Program-made: the position numbers and the translations under genes | The notes under the pieces: model-generated | What the model was told of the DNA's origin: nothing | Database searches by the model: none | What the model saw: only the letters and a program-made list of their open reading frames with translations | Assembly: GCF_964355755.1 (NCBI RefSeq) | Contig: NC_092679.1 | Location: forward strand, 5,610,201-5,674,200 | Source of the DNA: Antedon mediterranea | Lineage: Eukaryota; Animalia; Echinodermata | Length of the DNA stretch: 64,000 bases | Reading direction: 5' to 3' | Shown here: positions 56,001-64,000 of the stretch, in pieces | Numbering within the stretch: position 1 is the first letter of the stretch | How the letters are laid out: each line of letters begins with the position of its first letter

Positions 56001-59000
56001 TGTAAAATAAACCATGTACATATAATTACTGGTTTTCTGTTTAAATTATGTACTATTAGTATTAGTAAACATAATCTGCCTTGATAAATAAAATGTCAAG
56101 TGCGCTATGATTCTGAATCATTCATGCGTAAAATGATGACACAATACAATATGACGATTGATATCCTAACACGACAACAAACATGACAAGCAAATGATAA
56201 AATGATCCCTTTATTAAAGCATGCTTTCGCTTTGTTGAATAGGGACATCGACAATTTCTACCCGTTCTTTAAACAAGGAAATAGGAACACTATATTATAC
56301 ACATATTCAACAACAACATTTATTTAGGATAGTTATAACTGTTTTACTTACTCTTCAAAATGCTTAATTAACAATGTTTTTTTTATTTCGGAAAGCAAAA
56401 ATTATACATTGACCTTCACAAATAGCTTGATTGGCAAAAGAGTGTCAAGCTTTCACATAAAAACGATTTCTAATATCAGCCGGTAGTCCATTCCACATAC
56501 GAATAAATCGCAATTAACACAACCTTTTCATAAAAAAATATTGAATCCTGACATAACACACTAGCCTAACCGTATGTGATACAGGCACCAGATGCTCAGT
56601 GCTGTATTACAGAATGTTCCTATGACACTGTGCAAATATTGTTACATGTATGGAGATATCAACTGAAAATGCGAGGGCGTGTGGCGCAGTGTGTTGGACG
56701 TTAGAATACTGATCGTGAGATAGTGGTACAAACCAACTCTCACCGCATTGCTTGTATCCTTAGGACACTTTACTTACATTTTTACATTGTTGATATAAGT
56801 TTGCGGTACACCACATGTATTAGTTCTGAAATGAACTGTTGAGTTTCTCGACGTTTCGATCAATATACTTTGATCGTCCTCAAAAGTGAGAATGAATTAT
56901 TATTATTATAAACTGCCTGAACCTGGAAACCACCAAAACTGTGTCAAAGAACAGAGAGATGAAGCACATCCCAATTTCCCTCAATGTGTATAATGCATTG
57001 AAATGGCATTGAAAGTCATCACAAATCGAAAGCTCATTATTTTTGGAGCTCAAGACAAACCCAATCTATGTACAAACCTGTTGCAACTCTGCCAGTTCAA
57101 TAGAGTCTTGCGTTGAGCTTATTGAAGGATTGATTGCAGATACCAAGGCAGATACTTCCATTTCTCTTGTACAAATAACAGGGTAGCCATTCAAGTATAA
57201 CCAGCTCTGATCAGCAACACCTACATTGCAAAATATTTGATATTACAAACAGCTTTGGGATGGTACGCGGTGGTTCTGCAGCTCCTAACAAAGCTATACT
57301 ACGTTTAGGTGACGGATGAAACGTCGGAGCCAAAATGTGCACAAAAAAACACAATTAAAAGGAGAACTGAAGAAAAAAAGATTTCATTAAAATAGATAAA
57401 TAGATAGAATATTTTCAGTAAGGCTTACCAGGGCTGGGCTTACCAGGGCTGGGCTTACCAGGGCTGGGCTTACCAGGGCTGGGCTTACCAGGGCTGGGCT
57501 TACCAGGGCTGGGCTTACCAGGGCTGGGCTTACCAGGGCTGGGCTTACCAGGGCTGGGCTTACCAGGGCTGGGCTTACCAGGGCTGGGCTTACCAGGGCT
57601 GGGCTTACCAGGGCTGGGCTTACCAGGGCTGGGCTTACCAGGGCTGGGCTTACCAGGGCTGGGCTTACCAGGGCTGGGCTTACCAGGGCTGGGCTTACCA
57701 GGGCTGGGCTTACCAGGGCTGGGCTTACCAGGGCTGGGCTTACCAGGGCTGGGCTTACCAGGGCTGGGCTTACCAGGGCTGGGCTTACCAGGGCTGGGCT
57801 TACCAGGGCTGGGCTTACCAGGGCTGGGCTTACCAGGGCTGGGCTTACCAGGGCTGGGCTTACCAGGGCTGGGCTTACCAGGGCTGGGCTTACCAGGGCT
57901 GGGCTTACCAGGGCTGGGCTTACCAGGGCTGGGCTTACCAGGGCTGGGCTTACCAGGGCTGGGCTTACCAGGGCTGGGCTTACCAGGGCTGGGCTTACCA
58001 GGGCTGGGCTTACCAGGGCTGGGCTTACCAGGGCTGGGCTTACCAGGGCTGGGCTTACCAGGGCTGGGCTTACCAGGGCTGGGCTTACCAGGGCTGGGCT
58101 TACCAGGGCTGGGCTTACCAGGGCTGGGCTTACCAGGGCTGGGCTTACCAGGGCTGGGCTTACCAGGGCTGGGCTTACCAGGGCTGGGCTTACCAGGGCT
58201 GGGCTTACCAGGGCTGGGCTTACCAGGGCTGGGCTTACCAGGGCTGGGCTTACCAGGGCTGGGCTTACCAGGGCTGGGCTTACCAGGGCTGGGCTTACCA
58301 GGGCTGGGCTTACCAGGGCTGGGCTTACCAGGGCTGGGCTTACCAGGGCTGGGCTTACCAGGGCTGGGCTTACCAGGGCTGGGCTTACCAGGGCTGGGCT
58401 TACCAGGGCTGGGCTTACCAGGGCTGGGCTTACCAGGGCTGGGCTTACCAGGGCTGGGCTTACCAGGGCTGGGCTTACCAGGGCTGGGCTTACCAGGGCT
58501 GGGCTTACCAGGGCTGGGCTTACCAGGGCTGGGCTTACCAGGGCTGGGCTTACCAGGGCTGGGCTTACCAGGGCTGGGCTTACCAGGGCTGGGCTTACCA
58601 GGGCTGGGCTTACCAGGGCTGGGCTTACCAGGGCTGGGCTTACCAGGGCTGGGCTTACCAGGGCTGGGCTTACCAGGGCTGGGCTTACCAGGGCTGGGCT
58701 TACCAGGGCTGGGCTTACCAGGGCTGGGCTTACCAGGGCTGGGCTTACCAGGGCTGGGCTTACCAGGGCTGGGCTTACCAGGGCTGGGCTTACCAGGGCT
58801 GGGCTTACCAGGGCTGGGCTTACCAGGGCTGGGCTTACCAGGGCTGGGCTTACCAGGGCTGGGCTTACCAGGGCTGGGCTTACCAGGGCTGGGCTTACCA
58901 GGGCTGGGCTTACCAGGGCTGGGCTTACCAGGGCTGGGCTTACCAGGGCTGGGCTTACCAGGGCTGGGCTTACCAGGGCTGGGCTTACCAGGGCTGGGCT

Positions 59001-62000
59001 TACCAGGGCTGGGCTTACCAGGGCTGGGCTTACCAGGGCTGGGCTTACCAGGGCTGGGCTTACCAGGGCTGGGCTTACCAGGGCTGGGCTTACCAGGGCT
59101 GGGCTTACCAGGGCTGGGCTTACCAGGGCTGGGCTTACCAGGGCTGGGCTTACCAGGGCTGGGCTTACCAGGGCTGGGCTTACCAGGCTGGGCTTACCAG
59201 GCTGGGCTTACTGTACAAAAACACATTTTTATTTAGCTGCTTCCCTCTTGATTTGTTTACTATAGTGCTTATAATGGGAAAGCCAATTTTTCTTAAAGAC
59301 CCCTTCCCTGCAATTTTGGACGTTTTTTTGAAAATAATACATATATATCACTTTAAAAACATTAAACCATGTCATTCCTTGTCTTAAATGTACGTTTTAT
59401 GGTAAATTATGATAAAAAGTGAGAAACAATGCACTACCTAAGTAGCTCGCGGCGATCGACCTCTCGTGGAGGGTCTTAGGCCTAGCCTAGCTAGGCTTAG
59501 TTTTGTAGGCCTAGCTGGTAAACATCGGTAACGTACGAACATCGTACGCGAGCTATATACCTAGCCTGACGTTGTATAGTTGCTGCATTAATTGTCTTTC
59601 TATTTTTGCCAGACTCCGTTGATACAAATTGGGGAAAACCCGGTATTTTCGCTGAAAAGTTAGGAGTCTTCCATTTGTTTTGGCTTCACGATCGATCGAA
59701 AAGTGGGCGAATTACAGGTGAAAAACAAAAATATCAATCCGCGCGCAATGCATTTTGGGATTTATAGCGGGCCGCTATAATTATTAGAATCGACTTATTT
59801 TTCACATTTTTAACCGTTTAAAGACGAAAAAAGTTATCGCAATAGGACCATATAGTATTATTTTTACATTAAATATAGTTTGTGATCTTAAATTAGATCT
59901 AAAAAACGTAGGGAATGGGGCTTTAAGTACAGTACTACGGACAATCCTTTTTTGACAGTGGATTGTAATGTTTTTGATAAAATGATGTTAATGAAGTTGA
60001 CAAATTGATTACCAACATTTTCTATGTTAACACTAACACTAACTTGATAAACATGTGTTAATGATGAAAAAATGATGTTAATGTTGACTTGTAATTTCAA
60101 TAAAACTAAATGTAACCGAATATGATTGTGATATTTTATATAAATATTGAAGATTATTCCAGAAGAATTGTGATATTTCAGAAACAGGTAATGTATAATT
60201 CCATTCTTGACGACATCGTCACAGTATTGGCACTTCTCCAAGTCGCTCTTAGAGCCAGCAATATAGCTGGATCATCTAGAGCATGAGACTATATTATTAT
60301 TATACAGTACACTGCATAGATATTAAATCTACGCAATATTATACTACCTATTGTCAATCATAATACTGAATTTGTCTTATTTTTTAAATTTTCGTCATGA
60401 ATTAGTTATTACAATAAGAACAGCTGCACTTTATTTTAACATTTTACCAAAAATTTTTTTTTATATCAATATAAAAACAATATTGAAATAAAAATTGTGG
60501 GAGATTTTCATTTAAGATTAATTTACAAGTTATTTTTGATTTTGCAATATTTATACTGATAACAAAGCTTATTTACGGATGGGAACTTATTTCATAATCA
60601 TTTTCAATAATTTGCATAAAGGCATTGAATAAATAAATAGTTAAAAAAATGCGTAGGAGTCGCCTTAATTATTCTTTATATCAGCAAATTGTTAGTTTAG
60701 TCTCCATGGAAATAAGAAAATTAATTTTTATTTTTAAGTACATAGAATTTTAGTATAATTAAATACTAAGAGAGATAATCGTTTGATTAGTTTTATTAAA
60801 TCAATAAACACACCATTATTCAAGACAGTGACGTAAATTATTGAAGAGCCTGAAAGAATGTTACTGTAGAAATGATCAAATAAACATGATGCATAGTTCT
60901 AGACTAGGGTGACCAGTCTTTTTATAGTGGTTGGCTATACTAGGCTAGGTTACCAGTCTCTTTATTTGGGAAGTTGGCTAGACTAGGATGACCAGTCTTT
61001 TTATAGTGGTTGGCTATACTAGGCTAGGTTACCAGTCTATTTATTTGGGAAGTTGGCTAGGCTAGGGTGACCAGTCTTTTTATAGTGGTTGGCTATACTA
61101 GGCTAGGTTACTCAGTCTCTTTATTTGGGAAGTTGGCTAGGCTAGGGTGACCAGTCTTTTTATAGTGATTGGCTATACTAGGCTAGGTTACCAGTCTCTT
61201 TATTTGGGAAGTTTGCTAGGCTAGGGTGACCAGTCTTTTTATAGTGGTTGGCTATACTAGGCTAGGTTACTCAGTCTCTTTATTTGGGAAGTTGGCTAGG
61301 CTAGGGTGACCAGTCTTTTTATAGTGATTGGCTATACTAGGCTAGGTTACCAGTCTATTTATTTGGGAAGTTGGCTAGGCAAGGGTGACCAGTCTTTTTA
61401 TAGTCGTTAGCTATACTAGGCTAGGTTACCAGTCTCTTTATTTGGGAAGTTGGCTAGGCTAGGGTGACCAGTCTTTTTATAGTCGTTAGCTATACTAGGC
61501 TAGGTTACCAGTCTCTTTATTTGAGAAGTTGGCTAGGCTAGGATGACCAGTCTTTTTATAGTGATTGGCTATACTAGGCTAGGTTACCAGTCTATTTATT
61601 TGGGAAGTTGGCTAGGCTAGGGTGACCAGTCTTTTTATAGTCGTTAGCTATACTAGACTAGGTTACCAGTCTATTTATTTGGGAAGTTGGCTAGGCTAGG
61701 GTGACCGATCTTTTTATAGTGATTGGCTATACTGGGCTAGGTTACCAGTCTATTTATTTGGGAAGTTGGCTAGGCTAGGGTGACCAGTCTTTTTATAGTC
61801 GTTAGCTATACTAGGCTAGGTTACCAGTCTCTTTATTTGGGAAGTTGGCTAGGCTAGGATGACCAGTCTTTTTATAGTGATTGGCTATACTAGGCTAGGT
61901 TACCAGTCTATTTATTTGGGAAGTTGGCTAGGCTAGGGTGACCAGTCTTTTTATAGTCGTTAGCTATACTAGGCTAGGTTACCAGTCTATTTATTTGGGA

Positions 62001-63844
62001 AGTTGGCTAGGCTAGGGTGACCGATCTTTTTATAGTGATTGGCTATACTGGGCTAGGTTACCAGTCTATTTATTTGGGAAGTTGGCTAGGCTAGGGTGAC
62101 CAGTCTTTTTATAGTCGTTAGCTATACTAGGCTAGGTTACCAGTCTCTTTATTTGGGAAGTTGGCTAGGCTAGGGTGACCAGTCTTTTTATAGTCGTTAG
62201 CTATACTAGGCTAGGTTACCAGTCTCTTTATTTGGGAAGTTGGCTAGGCTAGGATGACCAGTCTTTTTATAGTGATTGGCTATACTAGGCTAGGTTACCA
62301 GTCTATTTATTTGGGAAGTTGGCTAGGCTAGGGTGACCAGTCCTTTTATGGGTGTCACGAAAGCTCAGACCCCCTAAGACCTAAGATCACGAAAGCCAAG
62401 ACCCAACACCTAAGATTACAAATACTAAGATATACTACAGCTTAAAAACAATACTTGTTTATCCATACATAATTTTAAACACAGTAGGTTTCATTTATTA
62501 CCATAAATATAATTTAATACTACCGCAAAACATAGATAAACTCACATTATTTTCGCCCGTTGAGTAAATGTATATTTTTTCTTTACAACAAACAAACTTG
62601 ATGGGTTGTTTGTTGGTATATATTTACTCCATTGTGTTGGTTCAGAGGATGTTTTTCTTACGCACCTGCCTTTCTTGTATTTTGACTCCAAATTTGTTGA
62701 ATAACTTTATCCTGAATACCACACTTTAAAATTAGGACTTATAAGTACTTTCAGAAGGAGAAACACATAATAACAAATAAATAAATCCTTTAAATTGATG
62801 ATTTTACAGACGTGTTTCTTTGTATACTGTAATGTAACTCCTCGAGCTCCTCATGCTCAAGACAATGTTTTTGTTTCTATGGAGCGCCAAAAGAGCAACA
62901 ATAATAGTACAAGTATAAAAACAGAAAGAAAACGAAACAAACAAACTTATCATGATTTTTAAATTAAAATTTATTTGCCAGTATTTATTTCTTCGTACTT
63001 GCATGATTATACTATTATCATTACAATTTTAATTTTACATTGTTCCATCCACACTGTAGATGGACTCCACAGAGTTTTCAGCCCTCTATATAATTTTTGC
63101 TCTTTTGACGTTCCATAGAAACAAAAACATTGAACATGGCCCATGGGGTAGTGCCTACTGTACTGTAGGCTAGTCATTTTGTGTGCGAGAAAAACGTCTG
63201 TAAAATCATCAATTTAAAAATGTATTTGTTACTTTTTATGTGATTCTTTTTCATGAAAGTGCCAATTCTAAGGTGTGGTATTCAGAATAAATGTTGGGAG
63301 TTAAAATACAAGGCAGGTGCGAAAGATAAATATTTGTAATCTTAGGTGTTGGGTCTTAGCTTTCGTGATCTTAGGTCTTAGGGGGTCTGAGCTTTCGTGG
63401 TCTGAGCTTTCGTGACACCCGTCCTTTTATAGTCGTTAGCTATACTAGGCTAGGTTACCAGTCTCTTTATTTGGGGAGTTGGCTAGGCTAGGGTTAAAAA
63501 ACAAGTACAACATTTAAGGTTTATTTTATTATTTTACATACTATTACAGTCAAATTTCTTTTCTTTCCATTTAGCATACATACCTTGATTAAAAATTATT
63601 AAAAATAATAAATAAAAATGTATATATATATTCCAATTTGTCCCAATACCTGCTGTAATAGGCTGCCCTCGCTTGTCCTCATTTCCTTTTCCATGCCATG
63701 TGACTTCAGCCGTTTCCTTACCATTTTCACCAAATATGACCCAAGCATGGTCCTCTGATAGAGCTAAGTGAACATCATCAAAACCAAGTACCTGGCAAGC
63801 TGCAACCACGGCAAACGCAACCCCAAAACAATCTAACCGATTAC
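50019..63844 (-). CDS. MEN1: Menin, 3' exons; 5' exon(s) lie beyond the window end
   Basis: Exons 63844-63650, 57220-57078, 53918-53878, 51827-51603, 51147-50019 join in frame: [90 protein letters not shown], basic C-terminal NLS-like RRRPRRE. Confidence 0.96.
51243..51498. mobile_element. Non-autonomous TTAA-TSD transposon (Kolobok-like) in MEN1 intron
   Basis: TTAA|agatgtattgtccccc ... gggggacaatacatct|TTAA; the same right end recurs at ~31880-31897. Confidence 0.8.
52479..52808. mobile_element. Family B MITE interrupted by a ~170-bp insertion (LINE 3'-tail-like, gttt-repeat end)
   Basis: TIRs intact; unrelated sequence at ~52560-52730 begins gtttgtttgtttgt and lies near a reverse AATAAA. 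Confidence 0.65.
54531..54559. mobile_element. 29-bp hairpin insertion with 7-bp TSD (putative P-element-type excision footprint)
   Basis: gttaaat|catggaccta...taggtccatg|gttaaat. Confidence 0.6.
56673..56782 (+). mobile_element. Degenerate tRNA-derived SINE fragment
   Basis: A-box-like gtggcgcagtg, decayed B box, followed by tgtatccttaggacacttta. Confidence 0.45.
56845..56892 (-). ncRNA. Variant minimal hammerhead (UUGAGGA core) of a Penelope-like fragment
   Basis: Minus strand: cuu-UUGAGGA-c-gaucaa-aguaua-uugauc-GAAA-cgUC-gag; a related decayed copy lies on + at ~5822-5864. Confidence 0.5.
57421..59210. repeat. 15-bp minisatellite (gggcttaccagggct), about 117 perfect copies
   Basis: Exact 15-bp period, four units per 60-nt line; two 14-bp variants at the right end. 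Confidence 0.98.
59297..59922. mobile_element. Non-autonomous TTAA-TSD transposon (Kolobok-like)
   Basis: TTAA|agaccccttccct ... agggaatggggct|TTAA, imperfect 13-bp TIR. Confidence 0.6.
60897..62349. repeat. 79-bp satellite (41+38-bp related subunits), about 18 copies; resumes at 63421-63495
   Basis: ggctagggtgaccagtctttttatagtcgttagctatacta + ggctaggttaccagtctctttatttgggaagttggcta in tandem. Confidence 0.95.
62350..63420. mobile_element. MULE/foldback-like non-autonomous transposon with 10-bp TSD, inserted in the satellite
   Basis: gtccttttat|gggtgtcacgaaagctcagacc ... ggtctgagctttcgtgacaccc|gtccttttat; inverted similarity continues internally (62661-62900 vs 63095-63321). Confidence 0.88.
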
Positions 63845-64000
63845 CTACAAGTAACAAAATTGAAGACTTATCGACAAACTTCCACAATACAAGCAAAATT
63901 ATGCAGTGTAAAAACAATACTCTATATTATTATTACTCTATATTACCTACAATAAGTAACAAACAAAATTGAAGTCATTTGGAATTTGTTATTTATGTAA

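Noticed and set aside
57421-59210. Telomeric or interstitial telomere repeat
   Set aside because: Unit is 15 bp and is not TTAGGG or a recognised animal telomere motif; it lies within an intron.

Overview
AT-rich, intron-rich animal genomic DNA, probably a marine invertebrate (taxon is inference); not prokaryotic. Seven genes were reconstructed by hand from splice sites. (1) 3' part of a group II PAK kinase (+, 2391-6554). (2) A TRIM-type RING gene that the ORF track shows only in part (-, 16300-~11077): its RING exon is followed by 11 frame-preserving phase-1 short exons (48-87 nt) encoding SH2-type Tyr motifs (YVNV, YESP, YMVM, YACM, YETP) and a polyproline tract. (3) CCDC170-like (-, 27824-19380). 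(4) COX7A2L/SCAF1-like (+, 28211-29139), head-to-head with CCDC170. (5) A tandem COX7A gene (+, 29644-30418) with a candidate second TM-encoding terminal exon. (6) ANKEF1 (+, 33273-39811). (7) 3' part of menin/MEN1 (-, 63844-50019). Non-coding DNA holds Harbinger-, MULE-, Kolobok- and Tc1-like non-autonomous elements, tRNA-derived SINEs, Penelope-type fragments with minimal hammerhead ribozymes, three tiny 7-bp-TSD hairpins resembling P-element excision footprints, and several mini/satellites. Best novelty candidates: the RING/microexon adaptor, the COX7A locus, the hammerheads and the P-like footprints. All identifications rest on recalled family features, not database searches.
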